Shown: positions 1 through 8,775 of the stretch, in pieces
Numbering within the stretch: the stretch's first letter is position 1
Layout: every line of letters starts with the position of its first letter
Origin: a virus
Taxonomy: Duplodnaviria; Caudoviricetes
Reading direction: 5' to 3' (one strand)
Virus record (IMG/VR): IMGVR_UViG_3300027861_000031
Location: 1 to 60,345 of that record
DNA: 60,345 nucleotides
Translations under genes and position numbers: made by a program
Notes under the pieces: model-generated
Databases searched by the model: none
Told to the model about the DNA's origin: nothing
The model's input: only the letters and a program-made list of their open reading frames with translations

Positions 1-19
1 TCTCGAAAAGGAATGACAA

Positions 20-232
20 ATGTATTTAGGATTATTGAAGCAAGCTATGGAAAGGATTGGAATTGTACTGTTTTTTGCAGTAGTTATACTGATATTTTTA
101 GCGCCAACACTAATTTTGTGGTATAATGATATACACGCACCAGGGCTGCACACGGCAGGTCTAGGATTGTGGGCAACCTTTATTGTGTGGTTTATGACAG
201 GTGGAGAGAAAGATGAAGATTGTAGAAAGTAA
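20..232 (+). CDS. Small membrane protein
   Basis: Two hydrophobic stretches; AAGGA RBS upstream. Confidence 0.6.
   Translation: MYLGLLKQAMERIGIVLFFAVVILIFLAPTLILWYNDIHAPGLHTAGLGLWATFIVWFMTGGEKDEDCRK
117..127 (+). promoter_or_regulatory. Extended -10 motif TGTGGTATAAT (inside a CDS)
   Basis: Matches the recurrent TGTGGTATWAT motif. Confidence 0.4.
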
Positions 233-716
233 TGTTCGTAAATTAAACATATCAGGAATTAAACATTTAGACCCTATTTCTGTTTTCCTTGAAGATTTTG
301 AGCCAAGAAAAGGAAAGATAACTATAAGTTGTTATGATAAATCTTGGAACTCTTACTGGGGAGGGATGGGAGATAGCACTATAGCTGAATTTTTCACATC
401 ATGTGGCAATGATTATTTAGCTAAGAATCTATCTTCTATAAGGTCTTCTGTAACCGACTATGAATCTCTAGGAAAGAAAATGATAGAACACTACGGCGAT
501 GATATAGACTCTGAACTGGAAGATATTATAGAGTCTATGGGTGAAGAGTCTGGGGATTGGGACGCTTGGTTAAGGAACAATAATAAAACAATGGAAGAGG
601 TTTTCGGAGAAGAGTGGTGGGTCTATGGTATCCCTATTAAACCTAATCCTGAATATGAATACCTTTGTAGAATATTAGATACTGTTAAAGAGGCTTTAAA
701 AAATGAGCAAGAATAA
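213..716 (+). CDS. Hypothetical phage protein
   Basis: Long ORF; ATG 213 follows GGAG, preferred over GTG 201. Confidence 0.7.
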   Translation: MKIVESNVRKLNISGIKHLDPISVFLEDFEPRKGKITISCYDKSWNSYWGGMGDSTIAEFFTSCGNDYLAKNLSSIRSSVTDYESLGKKMIEHYGDDIDSELEDIIESMGEESGDWDAWLRNNNKTMEEVFGEEWWVYGIPIKPNPEYEYLCRILDTVKEALKNEQE

Positions 717-1065
717 TGACGAAATAGATATGTTAGTCCAAACAAACCGATGGTACTATCACGACAAGAAGTTCTATAAAGGAACAGTTATACGTCAGTG
801 GGAATCTGAAGAGCCTAATAATGAATATGCTAATGGGGATATGGGGTATAAGTTTTACCCAGAAGGCTCAGACGCCTACTTGGTTCATAGCTTTGAGACG
901 TTTTTTGATGAAAACAATACGGCTGAAAACCCTACCGATCTCATGAACAAATTAACAAATTATAATAATGATCGAATGGCTGATATGGATAAACAAATCG
1001 AGCAGTTAGCTGATAAAAACTACGAAATACTACAAGCCTATAAGGAGTTTGCAGATGGAAAGTAA
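703..1065 (+). CDS. Hypothetical protein
   Basis: Tightly packed ORF with GAGG RBS. Confidence 0.65.
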   Translation: MSKNNDEIDMLVQTNRWYYHDKKFYKGTVIRQWESEEPNNEYANGDMGYKFYPEGSDAYLVHSFETFFDENNTAENPTDLMNKLTNYNNDRMADMDKQIEQLADKNYEILQAYKEFADGK

Positions 1066-1273
1066 AGTTGAAAAAATATATACAATGACATTAAAACTAA
1101 ACGCCGCCGAAGTTAATTGGCTTAAAAGTCTTGTGCAAAACCCTATTAGGAGTGATTTTCATGAAGATGTAGGTGAAAGTGTTGAAGATGAGAATATGCG
1201 CCTTGCATTTTTTGAAGCTTTAGGTGGAAAGCGTTTTCAACCATACGGAAAACCAGAAGGAGTGATGGATTGA
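1055..1273 (+). CDS. Hypothetical protein
   Basis: AGGAG RBS before ATG 1055. Confidence 0.6.
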   Translation: MESKVEKIYTMTLKLNAAEVNWLKSLVQNPIRSDFHEDVGESVEDENMRLAFFEALGGKRFQPYGKPEGVMD

Positions 1274-1578
1274 AAGATTTAAGAGATAAAATCACACTAT
1301 ATCAATCCATAGTTGACGACTTTGACAGTATGAAGCAAGAAGTTGAATCTAAGGATAAAGAAATAATTAGACTTAAAAAAGTCATTACCAAGCTTGAAGC
1401 GGAGAAATACGCTCAAATCAAAAGATCGGAGTATGAGCAAAAGAACATTGCTGGTGATATTATGGAAGATGCTAAAAAGATAGTAGAAGGTGAAACAGAA
1501 ATGCCTCACGGTCATTATAGAGAGACTGTCAAGACCAAATCTAAATTTAACTTTACCCATAAGAAACAGGTAGGATAA
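1270..1578 (+). CDS. Hypothetical coiled-coil protein
   Basis: Overlapping start/stop; K/E-rich helical sequence. Confidence 0.6.
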   Translation: MKDLRDKITLYQSIVDDFDSMKQEVESKDKEIIRLKKVITKLEAEKYAQIKRSEYEQKNIAGDIMEDAKKIVEGETEMPHGHYRETVKTKSKFNFTHKKQVG

Positions 1579-1579
1579 T

Positions 1580-1975
1580 ATTAAAGTAATCATAGCCGGC
1601 TCTAGATACTTCAAAGATTTCAAACGTTTAATAGATGAGTTGCTAAAAATTCAAAAAGATGTTACAATCGATGAGATAGTGAGCGGCGGCTGTGCAGGAG
1701 CTGACGAGTATGGAGAGAGTTTTGCTGAAATTTATGGTTTTCCAGTTAAAATTTTTAACCCTAATTGGAAGGCTCACGGCAAGGCTGCTGGACCAATTAG
1801 AAATAAGTTGATGGCAGAGTATGGGGATATGTTAGTGCTGTTTTGGGACGGTAAGTCTAAAGGCTCTGGTAATATGTTAAAAACTATGCAAAGCTTGAAT
1901 AAGAAATGTATAGAAGTTATTGTGGAGATTGAAGAAGGAACTCCACCTAAGAAAAGAAGAGTACAATTTAAATAG
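1580..1975 (+). CDS. SLOG-superfamily (YspA/DUF2493-like) protein, probable ATT start
   Basis: IKVIIAGSR, VSGGCAGAD, AAGPIRN and FWDGKSKG motifs; first motif lies upstream of TTG 1640. Confidence 0.8.
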   Translation: MKVIIAGSRYFKDFKRLIDELLKIQKDVTIDEIVSGGCAGADEYGESFAEIYGFPVKIFNPNWKAHGKAAGPIRNKLMAEYGDMLVLFWDGKSKGSGNMLKTMQSLNKKCIEVIVEIEEGTPPKKRRVQFK

Positions 1976-1983
1976 GAGAACAA

Positions 1984-2169
1984 ATGAAATTTGCAGACTA
2001 TAAAAAAGATGTACAAACTTTAATCTTCGATTTAATCGATCTCAAGCAAAGAGCTTTAAAGCTGAATTTAGGTAAAACTACACAAGCTATTGATAAGGCT
2101 ACACAAGCTATTGGGTGGGAGTTGGGTGATAAGATTGAACAACATCAAAAGAAAGCTGAGGAAATGTGA
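1984..2169 (+). CDS. Hypothetical protein
   Basis: AGGAG RBS. Confidence 0.6.
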   Translation: MKFADYKKDVQTLIFDLIDLKQRALKLNLGKTTQAIDKATQAIGWELGDKIEQHQKKAEEM

Positions 2170-2561
2170 AATTTAAACTAATTAGAAATTCCAGTACAGA
2201 CATATGTGAATATGAAGAGTCAGATAAGATGTATTGTCCTGAAGGCTCTAATGTGTATCAGGAGCGTGAGTTTCTACCAAACCTGACATTTTACAGATAT
2301 AGTGATAATAGCTATGGTATGATGAGCGTTAATCTAGCGAAGTTTAAAGCTGTTAGGGAAACTCCTTGCGGATATTGGATATTAAAATTTAATAAAGAAA
2401 AGTGGATTCCAAAAAATAGTCGTAAAAGGTTTTGCTATCCTACAAAGGAAGAGGCGTGGCACAACTTTAAATGTCGAAAAAAGAAACAGCTTCAAATACT
2501 TGAAGCGAGAGTGGAAAGCGTTAAGTCAGCAATTCAGCTAATCAAAGAAATAGAGGAATAA
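2166..2561 (+). CDS. Hypothetical protein
   Basis: GTGA overlap, operon packing. Confidence 0.6.
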   Translation: MKFKLIRNSSTDICEYEESDKMYCPEGSNVYQEREFLPNLTFYRYSDNSYGMMSVNLAKFKAVRETPCGYWILKFNKEKWIPKNSRKRFCYPTKEEAWHNFKCRKKKQLQILEARVESVKSAIQLIKEIEE

Positions 2562-2806
2562 TGAAGTTTAAACTAATAATATTACTAATCCTGTTAAGTT
2601 CTTGTAACAATAAAAAATGCCACTACCTTGTAAAGGAAGTGGGAAAATGTACATCAGACACTCTATTTCATTCTGGAAAATGTATGTTGAAGTTAGACAA
2701 CGGAAAAATTATAAAAGCGACAGGGTTATATATGGCAGGACAAACTTACACCGAATACTACTGCTCGGATAAAGAATATGAGCGAAGAAATAGAGGAAAA
2801 CAGTGA
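2561..2806 (+). CDS. Putative lipoprotein
   Basis: MKFKLIILLILLSSC lipobox-like signal. Confidence 0.55.
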   Translation: MKFKLIILLILLSSCNNKKCHYLVKEVGKCTSDTLFHSGKCMLKLDNGKIIKATGLYMAGQTYTEYYCSDKEYERRNRGKQ

Positions 2807-3105
2807 TAACAGATAGAGCAACAGCTACTATTGGAGATGCCAAAATTTACGGAACTATAAGAATGATCTTCGGCGGCGTTGTATTTTCTGGTGGCTATGT
2901 AAAGCTAAAGAAGCCGCTCAAAAACCCTATAGCTACTTTACTGAAAAGACTAAACAAAGACAAAAAATGTACCATTACAGACGCTGACGGTAAGGTATGG
3001 TCAAACAAAGACCGCTCTTATAATCTTGTAAGATACAGTATAGGGATACAGAGTAATCCTATAAGATACAACATAAGCTTCACAATAGAGGAAAAAAATG
3101 AATAA
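2803..3105 (+). CDS. Hypothetical protein
   Basis: Overlap and GAGG RBS. Confidence 0.55.
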   Translation: MITDRATATIGDAKIYGTIRMIFGGVVFSGGYVKLKKPLKNPIATLLKRLNKDKKCTITDADGKVWSNKDRSYNLVRYSIGIQSNPIRYNISFTIEEKNE

Positions 3106-3466
3106 CGACAAAGTATTTTCTTATAGAAATCTACACCGTAAAGGTGTTGTGTGGTCTATAAAGTCCTGTAAAACAGGTCTTGTAGTTGCTAGAGAAAAAT
3201 ACGTTATCTTCCGTGACGTAGAGCTTAAAGTCTCTAAGGCTGGTCATCTTAGGGTTATTGACCAGAAAAGAAAAAACGTACATGCAGGAGTTAAAGGTGT
3301 TCGTATTAAGTACCATCCAAAGAATCGTACTTGGATTCGAGCCAGGTATAACCCGTATGATTTTACGAAAAAACAAACGCCGGTCTTTAAAGATATGGAC
3401 GGCAACCCAATATTAACTTGTAAGTACGCTAAGCTTTGTAAGACAGGGCTTTACGTAAGTTTATAA
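3098..3466 (+). CDS. Hypothetical phage protein
   Basis: Basic ORF with YRNLH, KRKNVHA and YNPY motifs; GAGG RBS. Confidence 0.65.
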   Translation: MNNDKVFSYRNLHRKGVVWSIKSCKTGLVVAREKYVIFRDVELKVSKAGHLRVIDQKRKNVHAGVKGVRIKYHPKNRTWIRARYNPYDFTKKQTPVFKDMDGNPILTCKYAKLCKTGLYVSL

Positions 3467-3468
3467 GT

Positions 3469-3479
3469 TGTGGTATTAT
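3469..3479 (+). promoter_or_regulatory. Extended -10 promoter TGTGGTATTAT
   Basis: Intergenic, upstream of GAGGAGG RBS. Confidence 0.65.
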
Positions 3480-3495
3480 GCTTGAGGAGGTAGTA

Positions 3496-4113
3496 ATGAA
3501 CGGATTAAGACTTGACGACTTTATACAATGGGCAAAATCTTACCCAAAGGTTTTACGCCTACTGGAAATTCCTGGCGTAGTTTTGGCTGGAGGCGCTATT
3601 CGTGATTTTATCACGAAATCTGAACCAAAAGACTTCGACTTTTTCTTTCTTCATCAGACAGCTCTAGATCAGGCTCGAATATTGATGTATGGAACTAATG
3701 GAAGTTTTACAGCATATACTCAAACATTTAAATTGCATAACTGTGATATTCAATTTGTTCATAAACAGTTCTATACGTCGCCTAACAGCATTATAGCTGA
3801 CTTTGATTTTGATATTGTAAGATTCGCAGTATCTAAGAATGGAATTATATCAGGTAATGGCGCATTGTCTAGCATCGCTCTTAAGAAAATATCAGTCAAC
3901 CTTATTACAAAACCTTTTGACTCGTTGAAAAGATTGCAAAAATATACCCGTCTTGACTATGACGTTCAAGAAGCTTATATTTATATCTTAGATATATTAA
4001 AAACAACACCACCAAAGCTTGCTCTGGATGCTGAGTTTTATGAAGGGGTTGGTGAGGTTGATGAAGAGGTTGATTTAAGATTTGAAATGCACCCTGACGA
4101 TATACCGTTTTAG
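3496..4113 (+). CDS. Nucleotidyltransferase, tRNA-NTase/poly(A) polymerase head-like
   Basis: AGGAIRD...KDFDFF motif A and DFDFDI; GAGGAGG RBS before ATG 3496. Confidence 0.7.
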   Translation: MNGLRLDDFIQWAKSYPKVLRLLEIPGVVLAGGAIRDFITKSEPKDFDFFFLHQTALDQARILMYGTNGSFTAYTQTFKLHNCDIQFVHKQFYTSPNSIIADFDFDIVRFAVSKNGIISGNGALSSIALKKISVNLITKPFDSLKRLQKYTRLDYDVQEAYIYILDILKTTPPKLALDAEFYEGVGEVDEEVDLRFEMHPDDIPF

Positions 4114-4121
4114 GAGAAAAT

Positions 4122-4322
4122 ATGAAACTTTTAATTTTACTAATGTTTTTACTAATTATCTCGTCCTGCTCCTCTACTAAGCATGTTCAGGTGCAGCCGG
4201 TAAAACCAATATATCAAACTAAAAGCGATAGATATGCTGCCTGTGTTGATATGTTTTCCCTGGAAGGTGAGCGCAAAAGAAAGCTCAGAGCCTTCTGTAA
4301 CTACCATGTGAGTAATATATGA
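4122..4322 (+). CDS. Putative lipoprotein
   Basis: Hydrophobic leader ending ISSC. Confidence 0.55.
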   Translation: MKLLILLMFLLIISSCSSTKHVQVQPVKPIYQTKSDRYAACVDMFSLEGERKRKLRAFCNYHVSNI

Positions 4323-4486
4323 AAGAAACAATTGAAATCACTTTAGATAATGGAATAAAAAAAGAGATTAAAACTAAAAATCTCACTGAATGTCCAGACT
4401 GTAAAGAACAGTCAGTTCGAGCTAAAGAGATGTGCGAAGGTGGCGGCGTCACTTGCATAAAGTGTAGCTACTGGTTTTGCTATTAG
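4319..4486 (+). CDS. 55-aa zinc-ribbon protein (not in ORF track)
   Basis: CPDC...CIKC; ATGA overlap; fills the gap. Confidence 0.65.
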   Translation: MKETIEITLDNGIKKEIKTKNLTECPDCKEQSVRAKEMCEGGGVTCIKCSYWFCY

Positions 4487-4494
4487 GAGAGGGT

Positions 4495-4833
4495 ATGAAA
4501 GACATATTAGAAAAAATAGAATGGGCGAAAATGACCATTAACGAGCGCCTAGAGTTTGGGATGGGTGACACAAAAGAGGCTGCTTACTCCAGAGAGCGCC
4601 GAGCCTGTGCTGTTTTAATGGATTGTAAGAGGGCTATTTTAGACCTGCAAGAGAAGACGGACGCTTTAGAAAAAGAAGTTAATATGTATAGAGCATCTGA
4701 AAAACTTCTTGATGCTGGAATATCGGGAAGCCATCTAGAGGTAGGTAAAGCCCTAGCAAAACAAGTTATTAAGCTTAAAAAAGAAATCGAGAGACTGAAA
4801 GGCTCCAAACAAAACCCTTCATCAAACGCTTAA
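4495..4833 (+). CDS. Hypothetical coiled-coil protein
   Basis: AGGAG RBS before ATG 4495. Confidence 0.6.
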   Translation: MKDILEKIEWAKMTINERLEFGMGDTKEAAYSRERRACAVLMDCKRAILDLQEKTDALEKEVNMYRASEKLLDAGISGSHLEVGKALAKQVIKLKKEIERLKGSKQNPSSNA

Positions 4834-4841
4834 GGAAAAAC

Positions 4842-5114
4842 ATGGACGACAATAAACAATTAATTCACTATCTAAATGCTATATTCATATGTTGGAATTC
4901 AATAAAAGAAATCGAGATGACGTATATGCCCGTTATTACGATAAGAAAATTCCAGAAGTCCAAAAAGAAATTGAAAAACTTAAAGAAAAGACTTGCAAAT
5001 AAATTTGTTTCATGTATTATAGTTGTAGGAGGTTCTTATGAGCAAAGTATACGATTATCACTTGGAAATGTTAGAAATGGAAGAATGTATGGACTGGTGC
5101 CGTTCTCGAGATGA
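4842..5114 (+). CDS. Hypothetical protein
   Basis: AAGGA RBS; 3' part overlaps the next promoter and ORF. Confidence 0.45.
   Translation: MDDNKQLIHYLNAIFICWNSIKEIEMTYMPVITIRKFQKSKKKLKNLKKRLANKFVSCIIVVGGSYEQSIRLSLGNVRNGRMYGLVPFSR
4993..5020 (+). promoter_or_regulatory. Sigma70-like promoter TTGCAA-N16-TATTAT
   Basis: Upstream of AGGAGG RBS and ATG 5038. Confidence 0.45.
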
Positions 5115-5211
5115 AGAGCTACTTCAAGCCCAAGAAGAAGGCTATGGAATGGAAAACATGGAGCCAAACAAAGCGAAAGAGTTTGCCCGTAAATTAGCGG
5201 AGATTGCGTAA
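5038..5211 (+). CDS. 57-aa acidic hypothetical protein (not in ORF track)
   Basis: AGGAGG RBS; TAATG coupling to next ORF. Confidence 0.65.
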   Translation: MSKVYDYHLEMLEMEECMDWCRSRDEELLQAQEEGYGMENMEPNKAKEFARKLAEIA

Positions 5212-5570
5212 TGTTTATTAAAGAAACGATGGTATTGATCGGACTGTCCGTAGCTCGAGAGAGAGTTGCTAAGGGTGAAGACGTACACAAAAGAAGTAAA
5301 AGTGGAAGATGTGGTGTTGACTATGAGAGGGTTGAGGAAGGAGATACGTTAGTTGCTGGAAACCTTTATAAAGAGTTGAAGATTAGGGAAAATAACTTAT
5401 TTATGAAGAGCGGATTGAGTGCTAAAAAGTTAAAAGACGGTTCAGTTGAGTTTGGTATTTATATGGATTACGACATTTACGAGACTGAGATTGATAAAGA
5501 ATCTTCAGCAGAACTGGTAAATTTTCTTAAGAAGCCATTCAATTCGATTGAAGAAGAGGAGATTGCGTAG
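5211..5570 (+). CDS. Hypothetical protein
   Basis: Coupled ORF. Confidence 0.6.
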   Translation: MFIKETMVLIGLSVARERVAKGEDVHKRSKSGRCGVDYERVEEGDTLVAGNLYKELKIRENNLFMKSGLSAKKLKDGSVEFGIYMDYDIYETEIDKESSAELVNFLKKPFNSIEEEEIA

Positions 5571-5839
5571 TGGAAGCTTTTGGAGGAATAGTGATAGGAA
5601 TAGGAAGTGATGTTTATACAGTGCATGAAGGTGCTTACCATGAAGGTGAGAGTCTTGAATCAGTACACGCATCAAAAGAAGGCGCTGAAGAAAGGTTGCG
5701 AAAGATTACCGCTAAAAAATGTGGTGGAAGTGAGTATCACGGTCAACTTGAAGAGAGCTTTAGAAATGGTCAGTTGTTTGCTGAAACAAGCGCTTCAGAC
5801 TCATACTGGTATGTTAAACAGTCATCCTTGGAGAAATAA
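5570..5839 (+). CDS. Hypothetical protein
   Basis: Coupled ORF. Confidence 0.6.
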   Translation: MEAFGGIVIGIGSDVYTVHEGAYHEGESLESVHASKEGAEERLRKITAKKCGGSEYHGQLEESFRNGQLFAETSASDSYWYVKQSSLEK

Positions 5840-6090
5840 TGAAAAAATCACACGCCGCTTTAATGATTGCTGAATGTCTTATCGACCCTCACTATCCAGA
5901 CGACACCATAAAAGAAGCTGAATATATATTAAATAAACTAATTAAATGTGGAATTGAAGCGCCACAGATCGTAAACCCTGACTTAGAAGGTGAATACAAA
6001 GACCATTGGGATTGGGTAGATAGTGGGGTTCATTATCCAAATCATGTAGACCATGGAAAAGAATATTATATAAGGGTGTGGGAAAAATGA
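5839..6090 (+). CDS. Hypothetical protein
   Basis: Coupled ORF. Confidence 0.6.
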   Translation: MKKSHAALMIAECLIDPHYPDDTIKEAEYILNKLIKCGIEAPQIVNPDLEGEYKDHWDWVDSGVHYPNHVDHGKEYYIRVWEK

Positions 6091-6287
6091 TTAAAACAGA
6101 ATATAACGAAACATTTCCAGTACACGGCGGCGAAATGTGTGCAGGGTGCTTTAGAGGCGGTACAAACTATTGGAACGTAGAAAAAGATGTACCAGTATGT
6201 ACTACATGTTCTGTAACTTTAGATATTGAAGACTTGCCGTCTAAAACTAAATGGTTAAAAGCCTTAGATCAGTTGGAGGGAAAATGA
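6087..6287 (+). CDS. Small zinc-finger-like protein
   Basis: CAGC...CTTC; ATGA overlap. Confidence 0.55.
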   Translation: MIKTEYNETFPVHGGEMCAGCFRGGTNYWNVEKDVPVCTTCSVTLDIEDLPSKTKWLKALDQLEGK

Positions 6288-6508
6288 TTAAGGAGAAATG
6301 GGCGGTAATGGGTAGCGGATATCATGCCTATATTAAAAAACTAGCCCCTGATTTTGACGCCGAAAATTCTGAAGTTGCCGTTTTAAATTCCTTTTCAAGA
6401 GCAAAAAAATGTATTGATGATATGTGTGAAGAACAAATCAGATTTTATAAAAATCTTAGAAAAAGAAATAGGGCAGAAAGAAGAAAAGACTTTAAGGAGA
6501 AAACATGA
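6284..6508 (+). CDS. Hypothetical protein
   Basis: GGAGG RBS, ATGA overlap. Confidence 0.55.
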   Translation: MIKEKWAVMGSGYHAYIKKLAPDFDAENSEVAVLNSFSRAKKCIDDMCEEQIRFYKNLRKRNRAERRKDFKEKT

Positions 6509-6705
6509 GCGAAGAATTAAAGTATGCGCAAAAACAGCTAAGAGGTTCGATAAACAGTGAACACTACAACAACACTCTTGAAGATAAAATAGAAGTTATT
6601 CAAGAAGCTTTAGTTGCTATTATAGATAGCTTGCTAGAAGACTATGAAGAGGAAGAAGAGTATGGAGAAGGCTACTGCGGTGGTCAGGAGGGTTGTTGTG
6701 AATAA
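6505..6705 (+). CDS. Acidic hypothetical protein
   Basis: AGGAG RBS. Confidence 0.55.
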   Translation: MSEELKYAQKQLRGSINSEHYNNTLEDKIEVIQEALVAIIDSLLEDYEEEEEYGEGYCGGQEGCCE

Positions 6706-6997
6706 ATACTTTTTAACATTAATGTTTGTAAATGAAAACGGCTACAAAAATCTTAACTGTAGAGGCTACTTCTCTAAGTTTGAAGACGCTGAGAACTTTC
6801 TGCTAGAGAATTGGGAAGGATTGCACGAGTATTGGAACAATACGGCTGTGATTGAAAGCATTCCTGAAGGACATATTGATAATATTGTCATGGATAAGAG
6901 GGTTGAACAAGTATGGTATAGCACTGAGGATATGGATGTAAAACCAACTAGGTGTGATAATCCACTACGGCTAAAAATAGGCTGCTACGCTTTTTAA
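6698..6997 (+). CDS. Hypothetical protein
   Basis: AGGAGG RBS before GTG 6698. Confidence 0.55.
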   Translation: MNKYFLTLMFVNENGYKNLNCRGYFSKFEDAENFLLENWEGLHEYWNNTAVIESIPEGHIDNIVMDKRVEQVWYSTEDMDVKPTRCDNPLRLKIGCYAF

Positions 6998-7006
6998 GGA
7001 GAATTT

Positions 7007-7309
7007 ATGAGTAAACTAACTTTAGTTGAATATGTTGAGAAACACCCTCACCTAGAAACTGAGATTGGTGGTATGATAGTTGAATTAACCAACAGATGCG
7101 CTACTAACTGGGATTTGTTTAATCACTTGATATTGACTGAAAAAATGTTTGAAGACGTATCTACATTGTCACCTAACAATAGAACTGCGGTTTACAATCT
7201 TCTATCAAGGACTTTCTACGTTTCAATACTATGCAGCTTAATATGGAAATTATTTCAAAAACCTTTTCAGTATTTTTATAAAATTACTGGCGGTCCAGGT
7301 GTTCTATGA
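7007..7309 (+). CDS. Hypothetical protein
   Basis: AAGGAG RBS. Confidence 0.6.
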   Translation: MSKLTLVEYVEKHPHLETEIGGMIVELTNRCATNWDLFNHLILTEKMFEDVSTLSPNNRTAVYNLLSRTFYVSILCSLIWKLFQKPFQYFYKITGGPGVL

Positions 7310-7671
7310 GTAAACTACAAAAGCTTGGAGCAAGCTGTAAAATACATCACAAATTTCTAATAGAACAGATAGAAAACGTGAAGAGGGCAAAAGACTCTCT
7401 TAAAATAGCAGAAAAAAGAGAAGATAAGCTTCGTGATTTTTTCTATAGCGAATGTAATAACTACAATATGGAAAAATACCAAGTTAAGCCAGGCGATGTG
7501 ATTGAGTGTGATGGAGATGAATTTCAATTCGTAGGATTCTCACCAAATTCTTCTAGTCCTTTGGTTAAGTATAAGCTCAAGAGCGGCAAGTGGAGTAAAA
7601 ATACTTTGCATCTTTTTCTATACGATTGGGAAAAGAAAACTAATAAACTAGAACTGAGAGGTAAGTTGTAA
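7306..7671 (+). CDS. Hypothetical protein
   Basis: Coupled ORF. Confidence 0.6.
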   Translation: MSKLQKLGASCKIHHKFLIEQIENVKRAKDSLKIAEKREDKLRDFFYSECNNYNMEKYQVKPGDVIECDGDEFQFVGFSPNSSSPLVKYKLKSGKWSKNTLHLFLYDWEKKTNKLELRGKL

Positions 7672-7973
7672 TGTTAGATGATATGTTAGGTGGTTTTAAT
7701 ATTGGCGGTCCTAGATTCCCAAACTATGAGTATACTGTTGAAAAGAACAGTCAAGGAATATATCGCATAGATATTAATGATCAGGGTCGGTGGCGCTACG
7801 TAACAGATATAGATGTTATAGGTTGTATTAGTGGTAATCATATATCTGAGATTCAATATTTTTTCAGCTTAGAGCAGGTTGAAGAATTTATCGAAAAGCA
7901 TATTACTGTTAAGGAAGAGCCTGAAGTTGAAGAGTTAAAAATTAAACCAGATTTTGTAAAGGTTGATATTTAG
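7671..7973 (+). CDS. Hypothetical protein
   Basis: Coupled ORF. Confidence 0.6.
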   Translation: MLDDMLGGFNIGGPRFPNYEYTVEKNSQGIYRIDINDQGRWRYVTDIDVIGCISGNHISEIQYFFSLEQVEEFIEKHITVKEEPEVEELKIKPDFVKVDI

Positions 7974-7981
7974 TAAAATCA

Positions 7982-8040
7982 CAATCTTTAACCTATAATC
8001 CCAAAAACGCCCAATAAAGAGATACAATCACAATCTTTAA
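7982..8040 (+). promoter_or_regulatory. Two copies of candidate late-promoter motif CAATCTTTAA (7982-7991, 8031-8040)
   Basis: Exact 10-mer recurring in intergenic DNA before structural or nuclease genes. Confidence 0.55.
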
Positions 8041-8043
8041 CTT

Positions 8044-8775
8044 ATGATAATTTATAAGATAACCAACGAGGTTAATGGTAAGGTTTATATAGGTCAAACC
8101 ATTAGGTCCATTAAAAAACGATGGTGGGAGCATAAGGATGATATGTCAAAGTCTGAACTGCCACTATATCGAGCTATGCGTAAGTATGGTGTTGATAATT
8201 TCACAATAGAAGAGATCGATGGAGCTAATTCAAAATCTGAATTGAATTATAAAGAAGTACATTATATGTATAAATTCAATAGTTTAGATAAGAATAGTGG
8301 GTATAATTTAAGAATGGGTGGAAGCAACGGCGGTCACTCTCAAGAAACAAGAGATAAAATCAGTAAAATTATAAGACAGATGGATGTGGATGGGACTAGA
8401 AATATACCTAAAGGTAGTGATAGTTTTTTATATAAAAACACACACAGAAAAGGCGTTAAACTGTCTCAAGAAACAAGAGATAAAATCAGTAAAGTTCAAA
8501 TGGGTAAAAAAGCTAAGAAATCTACCAAACAAAAAATGTCTAAGACTCATAAAAAAAGAATGGAAAATCCAGAACTTAGAAAGAGAATTTCTCAAACGTT
8601 AAGAAAAACATCGACTCTTAAAAAACCTATCGTAAGAAGTGACGGAGTTGAATTTGAATCAATAAGTGAATGCGCCAGACAAATGGGAACAACATCTCCT
8701 GATTTGTGGGCTACTTTAAACGGAAAAAGAAAAACCCATAAAGGATATTCCTTTAAATATCTGGATAAAAAATAA
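8044..8775 (+). CDS. GIY-YIG homing endonuclease with NUMOD3 repeats and C-terminal HTH
   Basis: IYKITNEVNGKVYIGQT, GYNL, two SQETRDKISK repeats, FESISECAR. Confidence 0.9.
   Translation: MIIYKITNEVNGKVYIGQTIRSIKKRWWEHKDDMSKSELPLYRAMRKYGVDNFTIEEIDGANSKSELNYKEVHYMYKFNSLDKNSGYNLRMGGSNGGHSQETRDKISKIIRQMDVDGTRNIPKGSDSFLYKNTHRKGVKLSQETRDKISKVQMGKKAKKSTKQKMSKTHKKRMENPELRKRISQTLRKTSTLKKPIVRSDGVEFESISECARQMGTTSPDLWATLNGKRKTHKGYSFKYLDKK
8338..8493 (+). repeat. 30-nt exact direct repeat (8338-8367 and 8464-8493)
   Basis: TCTCAAGAAACAAGAGATAAAATCAGTAAA twice, encoding the NUMOD3 repeats. Confidence 0.9.

Noticed and set aside
2079-2113. Short direct repeats (CTACACAAGCTATTG twice here; TGAAGAATACGAAC twice near 15194 and 15233)
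   Set aside because: Isolated local duplications inside coding sequence with no further pattern.
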